Part shown: in pieces, positions 28,793 through 38,529 of the stretch
Layout: each line of letters begins with the position of its first letter
Position numbering within the stretch: position 1 is the stretch's first letter
Source of the DNA: Leptospirales bacterium
Lineage (GTDB): Bacteria > Spirochaetota > Leptospiria > Turneriellales > JAOUFE01
NCBI GenBank assembly: GCA_040326155.1
Contig: JBEQLE010000041.1
Coordinates: forward strand, 1-38,894
Direction of reading: 5' to 3'
Length of the DNA: 38,894 nt
Notes under the pieces: model-generated
What the model saw: the letters and a program-made list of their open reading frames with translations, nothing else
What the model was told of the DNA's origin: nothing
The model's database searches: none
Program-made: the position numbers and the translations under genes

Positions 28793-31140
28793 ATGAATAA
28801 TAAAAAACAGGATACTGAAACCATAGTCATTCTTGGCGGTGGGTTGTTGCAAAAAAATCTCGTAATTGCTGCAAACAAAAAAGGGTGGAGGACGGTTGTT
28901 ATCGATAAAAACCCTAAAGCCTTAGCCGGCCCGCTTGCAACTGTTTTTATAAATATTTCAACAAGCCAACCTGGCCCGATTATTGAAAAGTTAAAAACCC
29001 AGCCCTTTGAAATTAATTATTGTGGTACCGTGGGAACCGATATGTCGTCGACGATTGCGGCTATTAACAAAGCCTTTGCGCTCGAAGGCCTGAATAGAGA
29101 ACAAGCCCTTGTAACAACTCACAAAGGTAAATGCGCGATTTTCTGCGAACCCATAAAATTCCCCAACCCGATTATGCCTGGTCCGACGATAAAGAGTCTC
29201 TGCGTAAATGGATGAATGAAAATAATTTTCGACACGGTTATGTCATTAAACCAGTTCGAAATATGGGCTCTCGCGGTGTAATGCACTTACAAAATTCCAA
29301 TGAGTTGGCCTTCGGTTTTGAGTTTGCCCTCTCTTTTTCTCTTGATCCGTCTGTAATAGTAGAAGAGTATGTTCCGGGCTCTGAATATTCCATCGATGTT
29401 TTATGCCACAATAAGAAAACATGGTGCGTGGGGCTTGCTGATCGGGAAATTGAACGAGCCGAGGACCGCTTTTTTGTAGAGACCGGGCATAACATGCCCT
29501 CTGCCGCCCCCCCCGAAATACAAAAAGAAATTATCGATATTATGGACCGGTTTGCAGCCAGCCTGTCGACTCTGGGCGACTTCCCCTACCAGGGGCCGTT
29601 AAAAGGGGATATTCGAGAGCGCGAAAACGGGGAAATTATTGTTGGCGAAATCGCCTCACGATTGTCGGGGGGTTTTATGAGCACCCACACCTATCCCCTG
29701 GCTACCGGCATCGACTTGATGGATACTTATTTGAATCTTCTTTCATTGGCCAATTCAACAGAATCCAATACTGGCAGTTTCAGCGAAAAAAAATTTAAAA
29801 AAGTTTTTAATAATAGTGATAATGAACTTTATAAAAAAAATGTTATCGAAAGAGCTCTCATCGCCGAACCCGGAATTCTTGAAAAAATTGTTATTCCCGA
29901 AAACCTCGAAACCTTTTCAGTTACAAACTCTTTTGTTCACTATTCGCAAGGTGAATGGATTTCGCCTGTAAAAAACAATATCGGTAAAACCGCCAACTTT
30001 ATTATCGTAGCCAAAGATCTGGAAACCGCCCGTGAAAACTGGAGCCGTCTAAAAGAACAGATTATAATCGAAACCGCTTTTCGGACCCTCTCTAAAAAGG
30101 AAATTCGAAAAGAGTCTAAGAAAAAGTTTAACCCGGCTGTTTGCTGGGTTTGTGTAGAGTGCGATGGAATACATTGCGCTTCGGGGGTTCCCGGAATGGG
30201 TGGCGCAGGCAACCAGGAGACCTTTCGCAAAAACTCCCTCGACTTAAAGAAAATTGTTATCGAGCCTTCTTATATACAAAAAGAGTCGCAAAAGAACCGA
30301 AATGAAAATACCCCTCCCGATCTTTCACTTCAGATTTTCGGTCAAAATTTGAAGATGCCTGTTTTAGGAGCTCCCATTACCGGGGCAAAAACCAATCTCG
30401 GTTCCAGTATTACAGAATATGACTATGCCATGGAAACCAGCGTTGGCCTGGCCAATTCAGGGTCTCTGGCTATGTTTGGCGATGGGGCTTCGGCTGATAA
30501 ATATTTTGTTGCGATGGAAGCGATCTCGCGACACGGTGGAATTTTTATTGCGAAACCTCGCCTCGACCAGGACGAAATATTGAAACGAGCTTCGGCCGCG
30601 CTCGAAGCTGGCGCAACAGCGTGGGGTATCGATATTGACTCTGTTGGTATTCAAACCTTTCGAAATCGTAAGACAGCAACGAGTCGAAAAACCGAAAGTG
30701 AACTCGCCGAACTGAAAAACCATATTTCTCTGCCATTTATTGTGAAGGGCATTATGACTATAAACGACGCAGACCTGGCCTGTAAAGCTGGCGCACACGC
30801 GATTGTCGTAAGCAACCACGGAGGAAGAATTCTCGATATGCTGCCTTCCACCGTTTCAGTTTTACCCGAAATCGCAAAACATATAAAACAAAATTATCCC
30901 GAAGTTGTTATTTTAGCCGACGGAGGAATTCGTACGGGTTCCGATATTTTTAAAATGATCTCGCTTGGCGCCGATGCGGTTCTGATTGGGCGTCCTCTGG
31001 CAATTGCAACAATCGCTTTTGGCCGTTTTGGTGCAGAATCGTTATTTCGAAATCTTAAAAATGAACTCGAATCGATTATGGTGAATCTGGGCATTGCTGA
31101 TTTCGCTGCTATACGCGGGAGTGTTGATCTATTGGGATAA
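28793..31140 (+). pseudogene. ATP-grasp ligase fused to FMN-dependent alpha-hydroxy-acid oxidase, split by a 1-nt frameshift near 29130 (may be a sequencing error)
   Basis: ORF1 has ILGGGLLQ...HKGK. ORF2 has MRDFL, VIKP..MGSRGV, EEY, EIASRLSGG, a Cys cluster, VSNHGGR, DGGIR and LIGRP. One extra A gives HKGKMRD. Confidence 0.85.
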
Positions 31141-31154
31141 GGTGAAAGAGTGGC

Positions 31155-31400
31155 ATGCTCTACGAAATGGCGAGGCGCTACGACGAGTGGCCTGGACGTA
31201 ACTACCTTGGTTCAAGCGCGCGCGGTGCCATGAAGGGCTGGTACAAGCACGGGGTATGCGCCGATTCCCTATGGCCCTACGACCCGAAAAACCCCGACCG
31301 CTTGCTAACCGACGAACGCGCAGCCGACGCCGCCATGCGACCGTTGGGCGTTTACTACCGCGTACCTTCTAAAGACTTAAGCGCCATGCACGCCGCCCTC
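31155..31400 (+). pseudogene. Internal fragment of a C1A (papain-like) cysteine peptidase
   Basis: LYEMARRYDEWPG..GSSARGAMKGWYKHGVC...WPY; the catalytic Cys, His and Asn regions are missing; GC-rich. Confidence 0.65.
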
Positions 31401-31521
31401 GCAAAAAATAGAGAAAACAAATTATTTCACCGGTATGGTTTGATTCCATCCCGATGAAATAAAATTTACGGTACCACTTGTAGGCACAAAGCCGGGTAAT
31501 GGTGTCGTCCAGACAAGCTGT

Positions 31522-32064
31522 CTAATCTACACCCCTTATAACAGTAGTCCAGAGGGTGCCATCGATTTTCATCGCGACGATGTATGAATTACTGGCACTT
31601 ACACTGGCCCAGTTTGTCGCAGTGCCAATCTGCACCGGTGTTAGTTTGTTCACCGCAGTTCCATCGCCAAGCTGACCCTGAGTATTCCGTCCCCAGGCCC
31701 AGAGGGTGCCATCGCTTTTGATCGCCGTAGTGTGGTGAGCACCGACACCCAAACTGGCCCAGTTCGTCGCAGTGCCAATCTGTACCGGTGTTAATTTTTT
31801 CACCGTAGTTCCATCGCCAAGCTGACCATAATTATTCAGCCCCCAGGACCAGAGTGTGCCATCGCTTTTGATCGCGACGGTGTGGCGAGCACCGACACCT
31901 AAACTAGCCCAGTTTGTCGCAGTGCCAATTTGCACCAGTTTTAATTTGTCCACCGCAGCGCCATTGCTATATATCGCAGCGGTGTGTACATAACCGGCAA
32001 CGCTGACCAATGCCGATACCAGAATGACTACGGTGTATTTTCTAATATTGTTTAAAACATTCAT
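31522..32064 (-). CDS. RCC1/BLIP-II-like repeat protein, copy 1 (short, about 3 repeats)
   Basis: 50-aa repeats [26 protein letters not shown]; GGAG RBS; hydrophobic N-terminus. Confidence 0.85.
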   Translation of the reverse strand: MNVLNNIRKYTVVILVSALVSVAGYVHTAAIYSNGAAVDKLKLVQIGTATNWASLGVGARHTVAIKSDGTLWSWGLNNYGQLGDGTTVKKLTPVQIGTATNWASLGVGAHHTTAIKSDGTLWAWGRNTQGQLGDGTAVNKLTPVQIGTATNWASVSASNSYIVAMKIDGTLWTTVIRGVD

Positions 32065-32252
32065 GACTTTCTCCTCTCATATAAACAAATCGAATATAGA
32101 CAAAAAGGATTTTTAACAGTATTAAACCTACCGCTACCAGCCTTGACCAATGTCAATGACCTATGCTTTTCTGTTTTCTTTGATTTTATTACAATACTAC
32201 TTCTTTCCCAAAGCTAAGCTATCATTATTCAGCATTTCGTCAAGATTTTATA
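32065..32252 (-). repeat. Conserved upstream/promoter block, repeated at about 33656-33846, 35288-35438 (truncated) and 36637-36820
   Basis: Shared CAGTATTAAACC..CTACCAGCCTTGACCAATG..TTTTCTGTTTTCTTTGA..TACTACTTCTTTCCCAAAG..CATTTCGTCAAG; the minus strand carries a -35-like TTGACG. Confidence 0.9.
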
Positions 32253-32512
32253 AGACAAATATTCAGGTTTTGTCAAGTCAAGTCAGAAAATGGAAAGAGG
32301 ATTGTTTAGGGTGGCCCGGCCCTGTTATGGCGAACTATAACTTCACAGAAAAAGAGATTGGTAAAACTGCATCGCTGGCTGCAATTCTTTCCTGTTGTAT
32401 AGCAGCACTAATTGTTTCACCGGTATGGAATCTAGCCATCCCGGAGAAATAAAATTTACGGTACCATGTGTAGGCATAAAGCCGGGTAATGGTTGTCGTC
32501 CAGAAAATCTGG

Positions 32513-33655
32513 TTATCGTACACCCATTACAATATTAGCCCAGAGGGTGCCGTCGCTTTTAATCGCAACGGTGCGTACAGAACTGGCACTTACGCTGGCC
32601 CAGTTCGTCGCAGTGCCAATTTGCACCGGTGTGGATTTATTCACCGTAGTTCCATCGCCAAACTGACCAACACTGTTATCCCCCCAGGCCCAGAGGGTGC
32701 CATCGATTTTGATCGCTATAGTGTGGAAATAACCGGCACTTACACTGGCCCAGTTTGTCGCAGTGCCAATTTGCACCGGTGTTAATCTGGTTTTCCTAGT
32801 TCCATCGCCAAGCTGACCATATTTATTATACCCCCAGGCCCAGAGGGTGCCATCGATTTTCATCGCAACGGTGTGGTAATAACCAGCACTTACGCTGGAC
32901 CAGTTTTTCGCAGTACCAATCTGCAACGGTGTTGATTTGCCCACCGTAGTTCCATCGCCAAGCTCGCCATGAGCGTTATACCCCCAAGCCCAGAGGGTAC
33001 CATCGATTTTGATCGCCGTAGTGTGGCGGGCACCGGCACCTAAACTGACCCAGTTTGTTGCAGTGCCAATCTGCAACGGTCTTAATTTGTTTACCCCAGT
33101 TCCATCGCCAAGCTGACCATAAGCACTATGTCCCCAGGCCCAGAGGGTGCCATCGCTTTTAATCGCCATAGTGTGGTAATAACCGGCGCTTACACTGGCC
33201 CAGTTTGTTGCAGTGCCAATTTGCACTGGTGTTGATTTGCCCACCGTAGTTCCATCACCAAGCTGGCCCTTACCGTTACCGCCCCAGGCCCAGAGGGTGC
33301 CATCGATTTTGATCGCCGAAGTGTGGCGAGCACCGACACCTAAACTGGCCCAGTTCGTCGCAGTGCCAATTTGCACCGTTGCTAATTTTTTCACCTTAGT
33401 ACCATCGCCAAGCTGGCCCTGATCATTCCATCCCCAGGCCCCGTAGGTGCCATCGCTTTTGATCGCGACGGTGAATCCCTCGCCGGCACCTACACTGGTC
33501 CAGTTTGTCGCAGAGCCAATTTGCACCAGTGTGAATTTGTCTACCGCAGTGCCATTGCTATATATCGAAGCTGTGTGTACATAACCAGCAACGCTGACCA
33601 AAACCGATACCAGAATGACTCCGGTGTATTTTCTAACCTTGTTTAAAATATTCAT
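32513..33655 (-). CDS. RCC1/BLIP-II-like beta-propeller protein, copy 2 (about 7 repeats)
   Basis: Same 150-bp repeats; start placed at the ATG after AAGGAG, as in the paralogues. Confidence 0.9.
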   Translation of the reverse strand: MNILNKVRKYTGVILVSVLVSVAGYVHTASIYSNGTAVDKFTLVQIGSATNWTSVGAGEGFTVAIKSDGTYGAWGWNDQGQLGDGTKVKKLATVQIGTATNWASLGVGARHTSAIKIDGTLWAWGGNGKGQLGDGTTVGKSTPVQIGTATNWASVSAGYYHTMAIKSDGTLWAWGHSAYGQLGDGTGVNKLRPLQIGTATNWVSLGAGARHTTAIKIDGTLWAWGYNAHGELGDGTTVGKSTPLQIGTAKNWSSVSAGYYHTVAMKIDGTLWAWGYNKYGQLGDGTRKTRLTPVQIGTATNWASVSAGYFHTIAIKIDGTLWAWGDNSVGQFGDGTTVNKSTPVQIGTATNWASVSASSVRTVAIKSDGTLWANIVMGVR

Positions 33656-34093
33656 GACTTTCTCCTTTTGCACAATGAAATCGAATATAGACAAAAAAGG
33701 AATTTTAACAGTATTAAACCAAGCGCTACCAGCCTTGACCAATGTTAGTGACTTATGCTTTTCTGTTTTCTTTGACTTTATTATATTACTACTTCTTTCC
33801 CAAAGTCTAAGCTGACGTTATACAACATTTCGTCAAGGTTTTATAAAACAAATATTCAGGTTTTTTATAATAATATGTTTTTTACGTGAATCAATAACTT
33901 TATGCGCTACTCTTACTAATGTTCCAGCCCAACTCACCAACTTCGTCTAATAAATAAAACAAAAACTAAGAATGAAACATTTACAGAGAAGTGTTGAAAA
34001 TCTCATCGAAACCATATGTCACGCCCTCGCAAAAAAAAGAGCAAACAAATTATTTCATCTGGATGGAATCAGGCCATCCCAGTGAAACAAAGT

Positions 34094-35287
34094 CTATGGT
34101 AACAGGGTCGGCACATGTCGGTCAACCACATCGCCCAGACCAAGCTGGCCATAATGATTCCACCCCCAGGACCAGAAGGTGCCATCATCTTGCAGTGTCA
34201 CGGTGTGCATAGCCCCTGCACTTATACTGGCCCAGTTTGTCGCAGTGCTGATCTGCACCGGTGTTTTTTTCATTCGCGTTGTTCCATCGCCAAGCGGGCC
34301 AAAATAATTATATCCCCAGGACCAGAGGGTGCTATCGGTTTTAATCGCGACGGTGTGAGCAGAACCGGTACTTACACTGGCCCAGTTTGTCGCAGTGCCG
34401 ATCTGCACCGGTGTTACTTTACATACCGCAGTTCCATCGCCAAGCTGCCCCTGACCGTTATACCCCCAGGCCCAGAGGGTGCCATCGGTTTTAATCGCGA
34501 CGGTGAAGCTCTCGCCGGTACTTACACTGGCCCAGTTTGTCGCAGTGCCAATTTGCACCGGTGTTAATTTGTCCACCCTAGTTCCATCGCCAAGCTGTCC
34601 ATAAACATTATCTCCCCAGGCCCAGAGGGTGCCATCGCTTTTGATCGCAACGGTGTGTGCATGACCGGCACTTACACTGGCCCAGTTTGTCGCAGTACCA
34701 ATTCGCACCGGTGTTAATTTATCCACAATTGTTCCATCGCCAAGCTGACCATAATTATTCAGCCCCCAGGCCCAGAGGGTGCCATCGCTTCGGATCGCAA
34801 CGGTGCGATAAGCACCGCCGTTTACACTGGACCAGTTTGTCGCAGTGCCGATCTGCACCGGTGTTAATTTACTTACCGTAGTTCCATCGCCAAGCTCGCC
34901 CTTGACGTTAGCTCCCCAGGCCCAGAGGGTGCCATCGCTTTTGATCGCGACGGTGTGGATATGACCGGCACTTACACTGGCCCAGTTTGTTGCAGTGCCA
35001 ATTCGCACCGGTATTAATTTGTCCACAATTGTTCCATCGCCAAGCTGACCATACCAGTTCCATCCCCAGGCCCAGAGGGTGCCATCGATTTTGATCGCGA
35101 CGGTGTGCATAGATCCTGCACTGATACTGGCCCAGTTTGTCGCAGTGCCAATTTGCACCGATGTGGATTTGGCCACCGCAGTGCCATTGCTATATATCGC
35201 AGCGGTGTGTACATAACCGGCAACGCTGACCAATACCGATACCAGAATGACTCCGGTGTATTTTCTAATCTTGTTTAAAATATTCAT
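34094..35287 (-). CDS. RCC1/BLIP-II-like beta-propeller protein, copy 3 (complete C-terminus)
   Basis: Repeat landmarks at 34141, 34291 ... 35041 (exact 150-bp period); ends GQLGLGDVVDRHVPTLLP. Confidence 0.92.
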   Translation of the reverse strand: MNILNKIRKYTGVILVSVLVSVAGYVHTAAIYSNGTAVAKSTSVQIGTATNWASISAGSMHTVAIKIDGTLWAWGWNWYGQLGDGTIVDKLIPVRIGTATNWASVSAGHIHTVAIKSDGTLWAWGANVKGELGDGTTVSKLTPVQIGTATNWSSVNGGAYRTVAIRSDGTLWAWGLNNYGQLGDGTIVDKLTPVRIGTATNWASVSAGHAHTVAIKSDGTLWAWGDNVYGQLGDGTRVDKLTPVQIGTATNWASVSTGESFTVAIKTDGTLWAWGYNGQGQLGDGTAVCKVTPVQIGTATNWASVSTGSAHTVAIKTDSTLWSWGYNYFGPLGDGTTRMKKTPVQISTATNWASISAGAMHTVTLQDDGTFWSWGWNHYGQLGLGDVVDRHVPTLLP

Positions 35288-35493
35288 GACTTTCTCCTTT
35301 TGCACAATAAAATCGAATATAGACAAAAAGGAATTATAACAGTATTAAACCAAGCGCTACCAGCCTTGACCAATGTCAATGACCTATACTTTTCTGTTTT
35401 CTTTGATTTTATTATAATACTACTTCTTTCCCAAAGTCTACGGTACCATGTATAGGCACAAAGCCGGGTAATGGTGTCTCCCAGACAAGCTGG

Positions 35494-36636
35494 CTATCGT
35501 GTAGGTATTACACCAGTAGTCCAGAGGGTGCCATCACTTTTCATCACGACGGTTTCAAAAAGACCTGCACTTACACTGGCCCAGTTTGTCGCAGTGCCAA
35601 TTTGCACCGGTATTGAACTACTCACCCCAGTTCCATCGCCACCCTGACCAGTATAAATAGACCCCCAAACCCAGAGAGTGCCATCGCTTTTAATCGCGAC
35701 GGTGTTTCTATAACCGGCAATTACACTGGCCCAGTTTGTCGCAGTGCCAATTTGCACCGGTGTTAATCTGGTTTTCCTAGTTCCATCGCCAAGCTGGCCC
35801 TTACCGTTAGCTCCCCAGGCCCAGAGGGTGCCATCAATTTTCATCGCGACAGTGTGGTTATAAAGTCCGACTACACTGGCCCAGTTTGTTGCAGTGCCTA
35901 TCTGCACCGGTGTTGATTTGTTCACCGTTGTTCCATCGCCCAGCTGACCACTACGGTTAGCTCCCCAGGCCCAGAGGGTGCCATCGATTTTGATCGCAAC
36001 TGTGTGGTAATAACCGGCGCTTACACTGGCCCAGTTTGTTGCAGTGCCAATCTGCACCGGTGTTTTTTTCATTAGCGTTGTTCCATCGCCCAGCTGACCA
36101 CTACGGTTAGCTCCCCAGGCCCAGAGGGTGCCATCGATTTTGATCGCAACGGCGTGGGAAAAACCGGTACTTACACTGACCGAGTTTGTCGCAGTGCCAA
36201 TTTGCACTGGTGTTAATCTGGTCTTCCTAGTTCCATCGCCAAGCTGATAAGTATAATTATACCCCCAGGCCCAGAGGGTGCCATCGCTTTTGATCGCCGT
36301 AGTGTGGCGAGCACCGACACCTAAACTGGCCCAGTTCGTCGCAGTGCCAATTTGCACCGGTGTGGATTTGTCCACAATTGTTCCATCGCCAATCTGACCA
36401 CTACCGTTCTCTCCCCAGGCCCAGAGGGTGCCATCGCTTTTGATCGCGATGGTGAATCTCTCGCCAGCACCTACACTGGCCCAGTTTGTCGCAGTGCCAA
36501 TTTGCACCAGTTTTAATTTGTCCACCACAGTGCCATTGCTATATATCGCAGCGGTGTGTACATAACCGGCAACGCTGACCAAAGCCGATACCAGAATGAC
36601 TCGGGTGTATTTTCTAACCTTGTTTACAATTTTCAT
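35494..36636 (-). CDS. RCC1/BLIP-II-like beta-propeller protein, copy 4 (about 7 repeats)
   Basis: Same repeats, RBS and leader as the other copies. Confidence 0.9.
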   Translation of the reverse strand: MKIVNKVRKYTRVILVSALVSVAGYVHTAAIYSNGTVVDKLKLVQIGTATNWASVGAGERFTIAIKSDGTLWAWGENGSGQIGDGTIVDKSTPVQIGTATNWASLGVGARHTTAIKSDGTLWAWGYNYTYQLGDGTRKTRLTPVQIGTATNSVSVSTGFSHAVAIKIDGTLWAWGANRSGQLGDGTTLMKKTPVQIGTATNWASVSAGYYHTVAIKIDGTLWAWGANRSGQLGDGTTVNKSTPVQIGTATNWASVVGLYNHTVAMKIDGTLWAWGANGKGQLGDGTRKTRLTPVQIGTATNWASVIAGYRNTVAIKSDGTLWVWGSIYTGQGGDGTGVSSSIPVQIGTATNWASVSAGLFETVVMKSDGTLWTTGVIPTR

Positions 36637-36969
36637 GACTTTCTCCTCTATAGACAAAAAGGAATTATAACAGTATTAAACCTAGCACTACCAGCCTTGA
36701 CCAATGTCAGTGACATTGGTCACTGACATTGGCTTTTCTGTTTTCTTTGACTTTATTATAATACTACTTCTTTCCCAAAGCTAAGCTGACGTTATACAGC
36801 ATTTCGTCAAGATTTTATAATAATATTTTTTTTGATGTGAATTAATAATTTTATTGTAAGACAGTGAACTCTTTAACCAGAAATATTGAGTAAAAAAAAG
36901 AGTGCAAGAATGGACTTTGTTTTTTATGTCCTTTATTAATGGAGATAGCGGGTGGTGTTAAGTCTGTAG

Positions 36970-37208
36970 ATCTCGCAGCCAAAGGCAGGTCGCTAAAGAC
37001 TTGAGCGTGTCCGATGAGGCATTAAAAGTTGAGGAGGTGTATAGAACAAAATATACAAATTTCAAAGAGGCAAAAGTAAAATTATTTGACTACATAGAAG
37101 TGTTCTATAATAAAAAAAGGAAACATTCGATGCTGGGCTAAAGAAGTCCGTTTCAATATGTTACAAAATTAATTGCGTAGGTGTGTCCGTTTTTCCAGGG
37201 TCATGTCA
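36970..37208 (+). mobile_element. Internally deleted IS3-family remnant with right inverted repeat
   Basis: OrfA HTH-like piece [12 protein letters not shown] sits next to the OrfB tail [34 protein letters not shown]; terminal GTGTCCG...GGGTCATGTCA. Confidence 0.8.
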
Positions 37209-37491
37209 GACAATGGAATGGTTGCTCTACATGTTTCAAATTGTGATAAAAAACAATGGCTGATGTTTGTATTTTCTGTAAGTTCCTATGTGCAAAATGC
37301 CGAAAGCATTATACAATATTTATATAAGTTATTTGCGGTTTTTTACGTTACAGATTGGTCGAGATGGTTATAATTATTTCTACTGAATACTTTTGCAATA
37401 TTATTTTTAAAATTGTGAGAAATAATTTTCTTGGCGATTTTCTTTTTACCCCCTGTGTCAGGATAGTTGTCGCCTAATTTAATTTGATTTA

Positions 37492-38529
37492 TCAACATGC
37501 GATGTCTACTAAGAAATCATTTTTTGTCTCGGGGTTGAGAATCACTGTTTCTTGCCAATCCCAGTTTCGAGTGTTGCCGCTCCAGCGCATCGGATTTCTC
37601 CGTTTGGCTTTTTCGTAAGTAATGTTTCTGGTTTCTAGAATATCTTTGTCCAAGCCAAGGTGCCTTTGCATTGGAGTGACAAATTTAATCCCAGAATGCA
37701 AATGAGAATTATTGTACCAATCAACAAACTCTTCGGTCCACGCACGCGCTTGTTCGACTGATTCAAAACTCTCAGGATAGCCGGCATGATATTTTAATGT
37801 CTTAAACAGAGATTCAGAATACGGATTGTCATTGCTCACCCCAGGTCTGGAAAACGAAGGGATAACCCCAAGTTGTTGAAGCGTTGCGAGCATCGTTGCG
37901 CCTTTCATCGGACCGCCATTATCGGAATGAAGGCGTACACTTTTTATTTCCATATCAGCACAAAGCTTTTTCATTATCTCTGCTGCAAACTCCGCACTTT
38001 CAGTTTCATGGATTGCCCACCCAACAATGCTACGGCTCCAAATGTCTTGAAAAAGATACAAGAAATAATATAGCCCTTTTACGGGGCTTCGAAGATAAGT
38101 AATATCCCAGCTCCAAACCTGGTTTGGTCCGGTGGCGATCAAGGCAGGTGGTTTTTTTCGTCGTGATGATTTTCCGGGATTGCTACGCTTGACCATATCC
38201 TTGGCCTTCAAAATTCGATAGATACTTGCTTCAGAGGCAATATATTCGCCATTTTCAGCTAATTTTGGCACTATTTCATTCGGTGTCATGTTCTTGTATT
38301 GTTCTGAACAGCAGATTTCTAAAACCTGGCGTCGTTCGGATTCAGTAATTTTATTAACTGGCTTTTTCACAATGAGAGATCGTCGGTCACCAAGACTATC
38401 ATTTTGCCATCGTTGCAAGGTGCGAATGGGAAGGTTTATCGCCCGACAGGCGGCGTTCTTTCGGGCACCATTACTGTGAGCTTCTTCTATCACGACCATA
38501 ACCTGCTTCCTTGTTTCCATGTTTGTCAA
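37492..38529 (-). CDS. IS3-family transposase OrfB (DDE/rve)
   Basis: PNQVWSWDITYL, HSDNGGPM, SRPGVSNDNPYSESLFKTLK and WYNNSHLHSGI motifs. Confidence 0.95.
   Translation of the reverse strand: MTNMETRKQVMVVIEEAHSNGARKNAACRAINLPIRTLQRWQNDSLGDRRSLIVKKPVNKITESERRQVLEICCSEQYKNMTPNEIVPKLAENGEYIASEASIYRILKAKDMVKRSNPGKSSRRKKPPALIATGPNQVWSWDITYLRSPVKGLYYFLYLFQDIWSRSIVGWAIHETESAEFAAEIMKKLCADMEIKSVRLHSDNGGPMKGATMLATLQQLGVIPSFSRPGVSNDNPYSESLFKTLKYHAGYPESFESVEQARAWTEEFVDWYNNSHLHSGIKFVTPMQRHLGLDKDILETRNITYEKAKRRNPMRWSGNTRNWDWQETVILNPETKNDFLVDIAC

Noticed and set aside
5926..30851. Many short antisense or nested ORFs inside housekeeping genes
   Set aside because: Shadow ORFs of well-supported genes.
32150..32452. 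100-aa plus-strand ORF between RCC1 copies, and 33991-34212
   Set aside because: Both overlap duplicated non-coding blocks whose frames are not conserved in the other copies.
31522..36636. CRISPR array suggested by regular repeats with variable inserts
   Set aside because: The period is 150 bp, in frame and protein-coding; there are no unique spacers or cas genes.
31522..36820. Complete DGR locus
   Set aside because: No RT, accessory gene or adenine-rich template repeat is visible in the window; kept only as a hypothesis.
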